Of a stretch of 64,000 nucleotides of DNA, positions 51,679-61,968 are shown piece after piece. The DNA comes from Longimicrobiales bacterium. GTDB taxonomy: Bacteria > Gemmatimonadota > Gemmatimonadetes > Longimicrobiales > Gaopeijiaceae. Made by a program: the position numbers and the translations under genes. How positions within the stretch are numbered: the first letter of the stretch is position 1; the number at the start of each line of letters is the position of its first letter. The stretch covers positions 63,984-127,983 of the forward strand of contig CBDAON010000003.1 of assembly GCA_965198065.1 (NCBI GenBank), read 5' to 3'. Below the pieces are notes generated by a model that was given only the letters and a program-made list of their open reading frames with translations, searched no databases and was not told where the DNA came from.

Positions 51679-51939
51679 ATGAGCCGTTGGATGAGGTGCG
51701 CCTTCTCGGGTCCGGTCGTGCGTCGCGGGCTCAAGTGTGCCGTCGTCGTCGGGATCCTCCTCGTCGGGATCAACCACGGGGACGCGATCCTCGGGGGTTC
51801 CGTCACCGTCGGGCAGTGGGTCCGGATGGGTCTGACTATGGTCGTCCCCTACTGCGTTTCCGTTTTCTCGAGCGTCGGGGCGATGCGGGACGCCGATATC
51901 GTGGGCCCGCAGCACGCCGCGCGCGGAGACCTCCCGTGA
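51679..51939 (+). CDS. nrtS: NrtS-family small membrane protein
   Basis: LKCAVVVGILLVGINHGDAI..LTMVVPYCVSVFSSV matches the NrtS pattern VGTxLxxIN(Q/H)GD..LTYxVPYCVS. Confidence 0.75.
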   Translation: MSRWMRCAFSGPVVRRGLKCAVVVGILLVGINHGDAILGGSVTVGQWVRMGLTMVVPYCVSVFSSVGAMRDADIVGPQHAARGDLP

Positions 51940-53966
51940 ACGGAGGCTCACGAACGGAAGCGAACGAGGGCCGGTCCGTCCGCCTGCACCCCGACACCAA
52001 CCCGGGCCCAGTCCTTAGACTGCTCGAGGACGGCACGGTCACCTACATGAACGCGGCCGCCCGCCGAGTCTTCGGTGGCGAGGACCTCGTCGGCCGCTCC
52101 TGGCTCAAGCTGTGGAGCGACGAGATCGAGGAAGGTTGGGGCCCTCTGCTGGCGGAGGGCCGGTCGCTCCGGCACGAGGAGGAGATCGGCGACCTCGCGT
52201 TCTCGTTCCACGCTGGTGCACGAGCCCGGGGCTAGTGAGACGTTCGTCTTCGGAACCGACGTCACGGAGCTGAAGCGCGCCGAGCGAGAGCTGGCGGAGC
52301 AGGCCGCTGAGCTCAAGGAGAATGCGCTCTTTCCGGAGATGAACCCGGGCCCCGTGTGCCGGCTCGACCTGGGCGGCGTGGTACTCCGCGCGAACCGGGC
52401 CGCTCTGTCTAACCTCGGTCCGACTCTCATCGGGAGCTCGTTCGCGAAAGCGGTCCCCGCGCTTACCCGCGACACGTGGCGCCGGATCGTGGACGGGGGA
52501 GACCGGGTGTGGGTGGAGGCCGCGTCGGGCGACGTGCAGCTGGGGTTCACGATCGCGAGGGCCGCGGAGAGCGCCTACGTGTACGTGTTTGGGGCGGACA
52601 TCACAGCGCTCAAGGCCGCAGAGCGAGAGCTGCACGAGATGGCCCTCTTTCCGGAGATGAACCCGGGACCCGTGCTGAGGCTCGATAACCGCGGCGCCGT
52701 TCTTCTCGCGAATCGCGCGGCGCGTGAACTCTTCGTAGGTAAAGACCTGCTGGGCCAGAGCTGGACTGAGCTCTGCCTCGGGATCGGCGACGCCCTGATC
52801 GATCAGGTGCTACGGGACGGCGTCGTCGTGGGGCACGAATCCCAGATCGCGGGAAGGCATATCCTCTTCACCCACACACCCGGAATCAGCGGCGAGCAGG
52901 TCTTCGTGTACGGCGCGGATCTGACCGATCTCAAGGAGGCCGAGCAGGCCCTGCAGCAGTCGGAGAAGATGGCCACACTCGGAACTCTGGCGGCGGGGGT
53001 AGCGCACGAGCTGAACAACCCCGCAGCCGCGGCGGTCCGCGCCGCCGCGCATCTCACGGGCATCTTCGGGCTCCTCCAGGAGGCTCAGCTCCGCCTGAAC
53101 CGGCTCGCCCTCCACGAGGACGTGCTCACGGCGCTCGCGCGACTCGACCGGGAGGCCCGGGAAAGGGCCTCTTCGCCACCGGACTTCGATCCGGTCACGC
53201 GGAGCGATCGGGAGAACGACGTGGAGCTCTGGCTCGAGGACAACGAGATCGACGAGGGATGGGAGTTGGCCCCCGCGATCGTGTCCCTGGGATACGGGCC
53301 CGAGGAGCTGGACCGGCTCACCGACGCGATCCCGTCCGAGTACGTGCGCCCGGTCGTCGAGTGGATGGGCCGGACGTATCCCGTGTACGCGGTCCTCGAG
53401 GAAATCCGCCATGGAGCCGGCCGGATCTCTGAGATCGTCGGCGCGCTCAAGGCCTACTCGTACGTGGACCGGGCTCCCGTTCAAGCGGTGGACGTGAACG
53501 AGGGGATTCGCCACACCCTCATCATCCTCCAGAACAAGCTCAAGCGGGGCGTGACGGTCGAGTTGGAGCTCGATCCCGAGCTCCCCCGGATCGAGGCCTA
53601 CGGCGGAGATCTGAACCAGGTCTGGACCAACCTCATCGACAACGCGGTGGATGCGATGGGCGGAAGCGGCCGGCTGACGCTCCGCTCGAGCAGCCAGGAA
53701 GAGTGGATCCGGGTCGAGGTCGAGGACGACGGTCCGGGGATTCCACCGGAGATCCAAGGGCGCGTCTACGATCCCTTCTTCACGACCAAGGAGCCCGGCC
53801 GTGGGACCGGGTTAGGCCTGAACACGACGTTCAATATCGTAGTCAAGAAGCACGGGGGCGGATCGAGCTCAGGTCGAAGCCCGGCTCCACGTGCTTCGTG
53901 GTCCACCTCCCGTATGAGTTGGATCGCGCCGCCGCCGAGAGCGGCCAGAGCAACGAACCCGGCTGA
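51936..53966 (+). CDS. triple-PAS sensor histidine kinase with two apparent single-base frameshifts (~52209, ~53857)
   Basis: Three PxxNPGPV(L/C)RL PAS starts; AHELNNP H-box, NQVWTNLIDNA, DDGPG, FFTTK, GTGLGL; N- and C-termini lie in shifted frames. Confidence 0.82.
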
Positions 53967-53990
53967 GCCCCGAACCTGTCGGAGGAGCAG

Positions 53991-55643
53991 ATGTCGAAGG
54001 CTGTGATCATGACCGTGGACGACGAGCCAGAGGTTCTCGGCGCCGTCGAGCGAGACCTCCGACGACACTTCCGCTCCGAATACCGGGTCATGAAAGCTGT
54101 CTCGGGCGCCCAGGCCCTCGACGCCACGCGGGCCCTGAAGGAGCGGGATGCGCCCCTGGCCCTGTTCCTCGTCGACGAGCGCATGCCCCGGATGAGCGGG
54201 ACCGAGTTCCTCCGGGAGGCCCGCGAGCTCTTCCCGGACGCGCGCAAGGTTCTCCTGACCGCCTACGCCGACACGCGGGCCGCGATCATGGGCATCAACG
54301 AAGTCGGGCTCGACTACTATCTGATGAAGCCCTGGGACCCGCCGGAGGAGAACCTCTACCCCGTCCTGGAAGAGCTGCTGGCGGACTGGACGGCCTCGTA
54401 CCGCCCCGCGTTTCGGGGAATCCGAGTGGTGGGCACCTCGTGGTCTCCGGAGAGCCACGCCGTGCGGGATTTCCTCTCCCGTCACCAGATGCCGTACCAG
54501 TGGGTGGACCTGGAGGCGGAAAGCGAGCTCGAGGAGCAGGTCGCCCAGCTCACCAAGGAGCTTCGGGAGCTGCCCGTGGTCCTCTTTCCGGACGGCCCGC
54601 CGCTCGTGGGACCGACGACCCAGGAGCTCGGGGGGAGAATCGGGCTCCAGGTTCACGCGAGCCGTCCGTTCTACGACCTGGTCATCGCCGGGGGAGGCCC
54701 GAGCGGGCTGGCCTACGGAGCGTCGGAAGGGCTCCGCACGGTCCTGATCGAGCTGGACGCCCCCGGAGGCCAGGCTGGAACCAGCTCGATGATCGAGAAC
54801 TACCTGGGGTTCCCAGCCGGCATCGGGGGCGCGGACCTGGCGCGGAGAGCCGCCACCCAGGCCCAGCGCTTCGGAGCGGAGCTGGTGACGCCCCAGGGCG
54901 TCCGCTCCGTACGCATCGAGGATCCCTATCGGATCGTGACGCTCTCCGACGGAACGGAGATCAGCAGCTACGCGCTCCTCGTGGCCACGGGGATGACCGT
55001 GAAGCGGCTGGAGGTGCCCGGGCTCGACGAGTTCACGGGCGCCGGAGTCTACTACGGGGCAGCGCCGTCTGAAGCGCCCAGCTGTGGGGGCGAGGAGGTC
55101 GTCGTGGTCGGGGGAGCCAACTCCGCCGGCCAGGCCGCCATGCTCCTCGCCCGCCACGCCACCAAGGTGCTAATGGTCGTGCGAGGCCCGACACTGTCGT
55201 CCACGATGTCCCAATATCTCGTGGACCGCATCGAGGCCTCCGATTCGATTGAGGTCGCCACCCACTCACAGGTTACTTCGGCTGCCGGTTCCCGGAGGCT
55301 GGAGACCGTGACGATCACGGACGGGCGGTCCGGTCAGGAGCGGCAGGTGCAGACGTCGCACATGTTCATCTTCATCGGTTCCGTGCCGCGATCCGACTTC
55401 CTGGACGGTATCGTAGAGCTGGACGAGTGGGGGTTCATCCTCACCGGGCCGGACCTGATAGCGGATGGCGCCCGGCCGGCCGGATGGAAGCCCGCGCGCG
55501 ATCCGTTCCTCCTCGAGGCCAGCGTGTCCGGCGTGTTCGCGGTCGGCGATGTTCGGCGTGGGTCCACCAAACGGGTCGCATCGGCCGTCGGCGAGGGAGC
55601 GTCCGCGATCGGCATGGTACACAAGTACCTGGAGTCGGTCTGA
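53991..55643 (+). CDS. response-regulator receiver fused to thioredoxin-reductase-like FAD oxidoreductase
   Basis: VDDE, DERMP, LLTAYAD, KPW; GGGPSG, GGQA..IENYLGFP, ATG, GGANSAGQ, GVFAVGD, RVASAVGEG; no CxxC. Confidence 0.9.
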   Translation: MSKAVIMTVDDEPEVLGAVERDLRRHFRSEYRVMKAVSGAQALDATRALKERDAPLALFLVDERMPRMSGTEFLREARELFPDARKVLLTAYADTRAAIMGINEVGLDYYLMKPWDPPEENLYPVLEELLADWTASYRPAFRGIRVVGTSWSPESHAVRDFLSRHQMPYQWVDLEAESELEEQVAQLTKELRELPVVLFPDGPPLVGPTTQELGGRIGLQVHASRPFYDLVIAGGGPSGLAYGASEGLRTVLIELDAPGGQAGTSSMIENYLGFPAGIGGADLARRAATQAQRFGAELVTPQGVRSVRIEDPYRIVTLSDGTEISSYALLVATGMTVKRLEVPGLDEFTGAGVYYGAAPSEAPSCGGEEVVVVGGANSAGQAAMLLARHATKVLMVVRGPTLSSTMSQYLVDRIEASDSIEVATHSQVTSAAGSRRLETVTITDGRSGQERQVQTSHMFIFIGSVPRSDFLDGIVELDEWGFILTGPDLIADGARPAGWKPARDPFLLEASVSGVFAVGDVRRGSTKRVASAVGEGASAIGMVHKYLESV

Positions 55644-55655
55644 GGATTCGTGCCC

Positions 55656-56450
55656 TCACCCGCCGGCGAGCGCGAGCCACCCCAGGAACAGGATCCCGGC
55701 CCCCCAGCAGTACCAGCTGAAAGCAGGGAACGAGCGGTTCTCGAGCATCCGCACGAAGAGCCTGATCGCGAGCACGCCGGTCAGGGCCGCGAAGACGAAT
55801 CCGATCGCGAGCGAGGCGGTCCCGATCCCGGTCGCGGACGCCGCGAGGTCGGGCGCCTGGAGGAGGGCCGCACCCCCGATCGCCGGAATGGAGAGGAGGA
55901 AGGAGAACCCTGCCGCCTCCACGGGGCGGACCCCGAGCCAGAGCGCCATGGCGACCGTGGAGCCCGACCTCGAGATACCGGGAGCCAGAGCCACGCACTG
56001 GGCGATCCCGATGAGGAGCGCGGCACCGACGCCGACGTCGGCGGCCGCGGGACGCCGCAGCGCCCATCGGGTCGAGAAGAGGAGAGCGCCGGTCACGAGG
56101 AGCGCGACCCCGACGGCCGCCGGCTCCTCGAAGAGCGCCTCCACTCGGTCCCTGAACCCCAGCCCCACGATCGCAGCGGGGAGGGTCGCGAGAGCGAGAA
56201 GGCCGAGGTACCGCCAGGCGTCCCGGTCGCCTTTCACAAGCGCCCCCGTGACGAGCTCGAGGATCCGGCCGCGGTAGACCACGAAAACGGAAAGGAGCGT
56301 CGCCACGTGGAGGACGACCTCGAACGCGATCCCCGGAACGGATAGGCCCAGGAGCTCCTGGCCCATCACGAGGTGCCCCGACGAGGAAACCGGAAGGAAC
56401 TCCGTGGCCCCCTGCAGTACCCCGAGGATCAGCGCTTCCAGCTCGGACAA
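55656..56450 (-). CDS. uppP: undecaprenyl-diphosphate phosphatase
   Basis: QGATEFLPVSSSGH, PGISRSG, FSFLLSIP. Confidence 0.95.
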   Translation of the reverse strand: MSELEALILGVLQGATEFLPVSSSGHLVMGQELLGLSVPGIAFEVVLHVATLLSVFVVYRGRILELVTGALVKGDRDAWRYLGLLALATLPAAIVGLGFRDRVEALFEEPAAVGVALLVTGALLFSTRWALRRPAAADVGVGAALLIGIAQCVALAPGISRSGSTVAMALWLGVRPVEAAGFSFLLSIPAIGGAALLQAPDLAASATGIGTASLAIGFVFAALTGVLAIRLFVRMLENRSFPAFSWYCWGAGILFLGWLALAGG

Positions 56451-56640
56451 GCTTCCTCCGATTGATCACGTTCCCGCCGACCCGCCGTCCCCGCCCGTGC
56501 GAGTCGACAGGGGGAATGCAGGGGGCCGCCCCAAAGCGCCGCCGGAGGGCGCAGGGCAGTATCGAGAGGGCGGAGACGGCGTGCAAGCGCCGGAGGCCGT
56601 TGAGGTTCGGGGGCGACCCCTACATCTTCACGGGGTCATC

Positions 56641-58614
56641 ATGGAATCCGCCACCACCCCCGGCGCCGGACCGGACGCTCTCGCCCCTCCCGGCTCACAC
56701 TCCCGAGCGCCCTCCGCGGATTGGACGATCGAGGACGCTCGGCTTCTCTACAGTATCGAGGGGTGGGGCGTCGGATACTTCGACATCAACGACAAGGGGC
56801 ACATCACAGTCCATCCCACGAGGGACCCGAACCGGGGCCTCGATCTCTACGAGATCGCAGCGGACCTCCAGGCGCAGGGCCTCGGCCTCCCCATCCTCCT
56901 CCGCTTCCCCGACATCCTTCGCACCCGCATCGAGACGCTCGTGAGCCGCTTCGCGGCCTCCATGGAGGAGTACGGGTACGACGGTGGGTACACGCTCGTC
57001 TACCCGATCAAGGTGAACCAGCAGCGGCGCGTCCTCGAGGAGGTGGTCCGGGCCGGAGAGGGACACGGGGTCGGGCTCGAGGTGGGGAGCAAACCCGAGC
57101 TCCAGGCCGTCCTCGCGCTCATTGATCGCACCGATCATCTCATCATCTGCAATGGCTACAAGGACGAGGAGTACGTGTACCTCGCCTTGATGGGTCAGAG
57201 GCTCGGCCACCAGGTCATGATCGTGATCGAGAAGATCTCGGAGGTAGACCTCCTCCTCCGGCTTGGAGACGAGATGGGGGTCCAACCCACCGCGGGCGTT
57301 CGAGTCAAGCTCTCCGCGCAGGGCGCGGGACGGTGGTCCGACACGGCGGGCGAGAGGAGTAAGTTCGGGCTTTCTGCGTCGGAGCTCATGCGGGTAATCG
57401 AGAAGCTCAGGGCCGCCGGTCGCACGGACCTGCTCCGCATGGTCCACTTCCACATGGGGTCCCAGATCCCCGACGTGCGGTACGTCAAGGAGGCGATGAC
57501 CGAGGTGGCTCGCTACTACGTGGAGCTGCGGCGGCTCGGGATCGAGATCACGCACGTGGACGTGGGAGGCGGGCTGGGGGTGGACTACGACGGGACGCGC
57601 TCGACGCACCCGGCCAGCGTCAACTACTCGATCCAGGAGTATGCGAACGACATCGTCTACGTCCTCGCGGAGGCGTGCCGCGAGCACGAGATCCCTATGC
57701 CACACATCATCTCCGAGTCGGGGCGGGCCCTCACCGCGCACCACACGCTCCTGCTCGTGAACGTGATCGCGCTCGAGACCCAGATCGTCGAGGATCGGGA
57801 CGAAATCCCGGACGAGATGCACGCGGTCGTTCACGACCTCGCCGAGACGCTCCATGGTATGGATGAGCGCTCTCTCCGGGAGGTCTTCCACGACGCCTCT
57901 TTCTGGAGAGAGCGCATGCGCTCCCTCTACATCAGCGGCGTCCTGAGCCTCCAGGAGCGGGCGCTCGCGGAGCGGCTATACCTGGCGATCATGACGCGGG
58001 GCGCCGAGCTGGCGCGCCGGGATCCGGAGGAGTGGGAGGACATCCTCCCCGAAATCGAGTCCATCCTGACGGATCGTTACTTCTGCAACTTCTCCCTCTT
58101 CCAGTCGCTTCCAGACTCGTGGGCCGCGGACCAGCCCTTCCCCATCGTGCCGATCCATCGCCTAAACGAGCGGCCCAACCGACGCGGGACCCTCCAGGAC
58201 GTGACCTGCGACTCGGACGGGCGGATCGACCACTTCGTGGTAGGGCGGGACGGGGGCCGGTGCCTTGATCTCCACGCCTTCGACCCCGCGCGTCCGTACG
58301 TGCTCGGGATCTTCCTCACCGGCGCCTACCAGGAGATCCTGGGCGACCTCCACAACCTGTTCGGCGATACGAACGCCGTGCACATCCGCCTCACCCCCGA
58401 TGGAGGGTACGAGGTCGGGGAGCTCGTCCATGGGGACACCATCACCGACGTGCTCGCGTACGTGCAGTTCGACAGTGATCAGCTGATCGCCAACTTCCGA
58501 CGGAAGGTCGCCCAGGCGCCGGGCCTGCCACGTAGCGAGGCGAACGCGTTCATCGCGGACTACATCGCGGGGCTGGCCGGCTACACTTATCTGGAGGGTG
58601 GGGACGGAAAGTAG
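56641..58614 (+). CDS. speA: biosynthetic arginine decarboxylase
   Basis: YPIKVNQ, GSKPEL, HFHMGSQI, DVGGGLG, SESGRA, FQSLPDSW, TCDSDG. Confidence 0.95.
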   Translation: MESATTPGAGPDALAPPGSHSRAPSADWTIEDARLLYSIEGWGVGYFDINDKGHITVHPTRDPNRGLDLYEIAADLQAQGLGLPILLRFPDILRTRIETLVSRFAASMEEYGYDGGYTLVYPIKVNQQRRVLEEVVRAGEGHGVGLEVGSKPELQAVLALIDRTDHLIICNGYKDEEYVYLALMGQRLGHQVMIVIEKISEVDLLLRLGDEMGVQPTAGVRVKLSAQGAGRWSDTAGERSKFGLSASELMRVIEKLRAAGRTDLLRMVHFHMGSQIPDVRYVKEAMTEVARYYVELRRLGIEITHVDVGGGLGVDYDGTRSTHPASVNYSIQEYANDIVYVLAEACREHEIPMPHIISESGRALTAHHTLLLVNVIALETQIVEDRDEIPDEMHAVVHDLAETLHGMDERSLREVFHDASFWRERMRSLYISGVLSLQERALAERLYLAIMTRGAELARRDPEEWEDILPEIESILTDRYFCNFSLFQSLPDSWAADQPFPIVPIHRLNERPNRRGTLQDVTCDSDGRIDHFVVGRDGGRCLDLHAFDPARPYVLGIFLTGAYQEILGDLHNLFGDTNAVHIRLTPDGGYEVGELVHGDTITDVLAYVQFDSDQLIANFRRKVAQAPGLPRSEANAFIADYIAGLAGYTYLEGGDGK

Positions 58615-58680
58615 GGCCCGCCGGCGTTCGGCCACCTTGGCCGAGCGGAAGTCCGCGCGAGGCCGAATCTCGACGCGCGA

Positions 58681-59277
58681 TCACTGAACGCTGAGCCCGA
58701 TCGCGATAGCCTCCCGATCCCCGAGCGTTCCGCCGAAGCGCACCGACCAGGACGGGCTCAGGGAAATGTCCAAGCCCACGTCCAGCGCAAGCTGAAGGTC
58801 GAGCTCGTCCTCGGGCGTGTCGTCGCCCATCCAGGCGTCCACGACGACGCGTGGTGCGAAGTACGGGTTCAACCGAACGTCCTGGACGTCCACGACTCTC
58901 CCGAAGCTGAGGCCTAGCGGGAAGCTGAGGAGCACGGCGTCACCCAGTCCGAGCCCGGCTCCGACCAGCCACACCGCGTCCATGGGAAAGTCGTCCGAGG
59001 CGTCGAAGAGCCCCCCCGAGACGTCCACGCCCCCGAACCCGGCCAGGTCGTCGTCCCGCCCCTCCGCGAGCCCGATGCGGAACCCCTGCCTCCCCTGGCG
59101 CCAGGTTCCCAAGACGCCGATTCCATCTCCGGGCTCGGCATCCACGAGGTAAATCCCCCATCCCGCTGTCGTGCCCGGAGATACCATGATCGGAGCGTCC
59201 CAGGCCACCTGGGCACGAGCGGGAGCCGCGAGCCCTACGGCGACAACCGCGGTCAAGACGAGGCGGGTTGTTCGCAT
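58681..59277 (-). CDS. secreted/outer-membrane beta-barrel-like protein
   Basis: Signal peptide ..APARAQ, alternating hydrophobic strands. Confidence 0.65.
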   Translation of the reverse strand: MRTTRLVLTAVVAVGLAAPARAQVAWDAPIMVSPGTTAGWGIYLVDAEPGDGIGVLGTWRQGRQGFRIGLAEGRDDDLAGFGGVDVSGGLFDASDDFPMDAVWLVGAGLGLGDAVLLSFPLGLSFGRVVDVQDVRLNPYFAPRVVVDAWMGDDTPEDELDLQLALDVGLDISLSPSWSVRFGGTLGDREAIAIGLSVQ

Positions 59278-59330
59278 CGAGGAAAAGCCTCCCGTTGGAG
59301 GACGTCTAGTGGACGCGCCGTCTCGGTGCG

Positions 59331-60272
59331 TCAAGGGGGTGAGACAACCGGCAGTCCCGCTTCGATCGAGGCCCGGTTCCCCTCTTCCCAGGCTGGCAGC
59401 TTCAGCACTTCCCCCAGGGATTCGACGGGCTTGTCGATCGTGAAGCCGGGCCCAGCCGTCGCGATCTCGAGGAGCACGCCGCCCGGCTCGCGGAAATAGA
59501 TGGATCGGAAGTACTGCCGATCCTTCACCTCGGTGACGGGCCAGTCCCGGGCGAGCAGGGCCTCTTGAAACTCGAGCTGTTCCTCGGCCGTGGCCACGGA
59601 AAAGGCCACGTGGTGGACCGTGCCGAGCCCGTTCGTGGCGGACGGGGTGGCCCCGGCCGGCGCCAGGTCCACCAGCTGACCGGGTTCGGATCCGCCGGTG
59701 CCCACTCGGATGTGCGAGCCGTGCTCGGCCACGGTCCGGAAGCCCAGGAGGCTCGCGAGGAACTCGGCGGATCGCTCGGGCGCGCGCACAGTGAGCGTCA
59801 CGTGGTGCACGCCCCGGAGCGCCTCCTCGGCCGACCGCCCGTCTGCCACCCAGGCCGAGCGTAAGTCTCCCGGCACCTCCACGAGGGCAAGGCCGAGACC
59901 GGACGGATCCGAGAACGCGAGCCCTCCCTCCCCAAACGGAGTGGCCGTCTCATCGAGCTCGGCGCCCGAGTCGGTCAGCCGAGCCGCCCACGGCTGGAGT
60001 GAGCCCGGAGGCGTGGAGAAGGCGATCTCCGTGATCTGGCCGGCGCCCCTGGATCCTTCGGGCACGCCCCGTCCACGGTAGGGAAACGTCGTCATGATGG
60101 TCGATGGGGCGCCCCGCTCGTCCCCGTAATAGAAGTGGAAGACGTTCGGGTTGTCGAAGTTCACAGTGCGCTTGACCAGCCGGAGGCCGAGGATCCCGAC
60201 GTAGAAGTCCAGGTCCTCCTGGGCGTCCGCGACCGTAGCGGTCACGTGATGGATGCTCGTGATCCCGGCCAC
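59331..60272 (-). CDS. ring-cleaving dioxygenase/glyoxalase (MhqA/O-like)
   Basis: IHHVTA, LVKRTVNFD, HFYYG, VHHVAF, DRQYFRSIYFREPGG. Confidence 0.92.
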   Translation of the reverse strand: MAGITSIHHVTATVADAQEDLDFYVGILGLRLVKRTVNFDNPNVFHFYYGDERGAPSTIMTTFPYRGRGVPEGSRGAGQITEIAFSTPPGSLQPWAARLTDSGAELDETATPFGEGGLAFSDPSGLGLALVEVPGDLRSAWVADGRSAEEALRGVHHVTLTVRAPERSAEFLASLLGFRTVAEHGSHIRVGTGGSEPGQLVDLAPAGATPSATNGLGTVHHVAFSVATAEEQLEFQEALLARDWPVTEVKDRQYFRSIYFREPGGVLLEIATAGPGFTIDKPVESLGEVLKLPAWEEGNRASIEAGLPVVSPP

Positions 60273-60352
60273 GGTCGCAAGTACCCCGAACACCTGCACG
60301 GAGATCTCCGCAGACCGCTCTTCCCGGCTCGGGTCGCCCTCCGGGTCCGCAA

Positions 60353-61273
60353 TCACGGAGGCGGTAGCGTCGCCGTTCGCGGGAACCGGTTGGGATCGTT
60401 CGTGAAGAGGCCGTCCACCCCGAGCTCGTAGAGGTAGTAGGCCATCTCGGCAGTCACGTTCGCGAACGTGCCCGGCTCCGTCGCTCGGAAGGTCCAGGGA
60501 AAGACGCTGAGCCCGACGTCGTGCGCCAGGCGCACGACATCGGGACTCTCCGCGAGAAGCGCCTTCGCGGGCCCGATCCCGTTCGCGATCACGGCGCCTC
60601 CGACAAGGCCCTCCCGGGTGAGGCGCCCCTCGCGATCGGGGGCCTCGACGAGGAGGACTCTCTCCAGATCCGATCCCAACTCGGACCGAAGGATCTCGAG
60701 GCTCGCGGTGCTGAACGACTGGACCACGATAGGGGTCGCCGGTTCGGCCCCCCGCCGTGCGAGCCCATGGCTATCGATCTCCTCGACGAAGAGGTGCTCC
60801 ATCGAGAAGCCCTTCGACCCGTAGACATCGGGAGCCTTGGTCTCGGGAAACACCCCTGCCCTGCCCAGCGCCAGGTCGATCGCGTCGGCGAGAGTCGGGA
60901 CGCGCGCACCGCGGTAGCGCTCGTGGAACCACGCCCCCGCGTCCAGCCGCTGGATCTCCTCCAACGTGAAGTCGACGGCATGCCACCTTTGAACGCGCCG
61001 GCCTTCCTCCACCGCTTCCCGGAAGCGAGCCGGGAAGACCTCGCTCACGTCGGTGGTCCGCTCCAGGGTCGGGTCGTGGAGGCAGATCAAGACTCCGTCC
61101 CGGCTGATCTGGAGATCCGGCTCGATGAAGTCGGCCCCTTGCTCGATGGCGAGGCGATAGGCCTCGATCGTGTGCTCGGGCGCGGAGCCGGACGCGCCCC
61201 GGTGGGCGATCAGGAGCTTCGGCTCCGCCCCCGGAGGGCCCGTCTCACCCGGTGCCATATCCAGGGGGATCAC
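60353..61273 (-). CDS. glpQ: glycerophosphodiester phosphodiesterase
   Basis: IAHRGAS..PEHT, IEPDL, HDPTLERTT, ETK, QSF, DGLFTN. Confidence 0.92.
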   Translation of the reverse strand: MIPLDMAPGETGPPGAEPKLLIAHRGASGSAPEHTIEAYRLAIEQGADFIEPDLQISRDGVLICLHDPTLERTTDVSEVFPARFREAVEEGRRVQRWHAVDFTLEEIQRLDAGAWFHERYRGARVPTLADAIDLALGRAGVFPETKAPDVYGSKGFSMEHLFVEEIDSHGLARRGAEPATPIVVQSFSTASLEILRSELGSDLERVLLVEAPDREGRLTREGLVGGAVIANGIGPAKALLAESPDVVRLAHDVGLSVFPWTFRATEPGTFANVTAEMAYYLYELGVDGLFTNDPNRFPRTATLPPP

Positions 61274-61968
61274 GCCCCGGCCCGGTTCCGGAGATCGGAT
61301 TCCTGGAGCAGTTCCGTCACGAATCCTTCCTCGATCACGCGTCCCCGCCGCAGCCGCACCATCCAGCGAGCCAGTCTTCGCACCTCTTCCATGTCGTGGG
61401 TCACGAGAAGCATGGACACCCCGGTCCGCTCATGCATTCGCACGAGCTCTCCCAGGAGCCGCCACCGCATCTCGTCGTCCAGGCCCGAGAACGGCTCATC
61501 TAGGAGGAGCAGGCGGGGATCGGGGGCGAAGGCGCGGGCCAGCGCCACTCGCTGGCGCTCCCCACCCGAGAGCGCCGCCGGCCGCCTCTTCCCGAATCCC
61601 CCGAGCCCGACCAGCTCCAGGAGCTCGATCACGCGCTCGGTCCGTTCGCGCCGCGGAAGGCCACGGAGCCCGAACGCGACGTTCCGCTCCACGTCCAGAT
61701 GGGGGAAGAGCACGTGGTGCTGGAACACGTACCCGAGTTTCCGATCGCGCGGCGGCAGCTCGATCCCCGCCTCACGGTGGAAGAGCACGTCGTCACCGAG
61801 AGAGATCCGCCCGTCGGTCGGAGACTCCAGTCCAGCCACCGAGCGTAGGGTGAGCGTCTTTCCCGCTCCCGACGGGCCAAACAGAGCCGTGATCCCTCCT
61901 GGAGCCCGGAACGCCACGTCCAGATCGAAGTCGCCGAAGCGGGCACGGATCCGAACGTCGAGGCTCAC
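61270..61968 (-). CDS. modC: molybdate ABC ATPase (short, no TOBE domain)
   Basis: GPSGAGKT, LPPRDRKLGYVFQ, LSGGERQR, LLDEP. Confidence 0.88.
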   Translation of the reverse strand: MSLDVRIRARFGDFDLDVAFRAPGGITALFGPSGAGKTLTLRSVAGLESPTDGRISLGDDVLFHREAGIELPPRDRKLGYVFQHHVLFPHLDVERNVAFGLRGLPRRERTERVIELLELVGLGGFGKRRPAALSGGERQRVALARAFAPDPRLLLLDEPFSGLDDEMRWRLLGELVRMHERTGVSMLLVTHDMEEVRRLARWMVRLRRGRVIEEGFVTELLQESDLRNRAGA

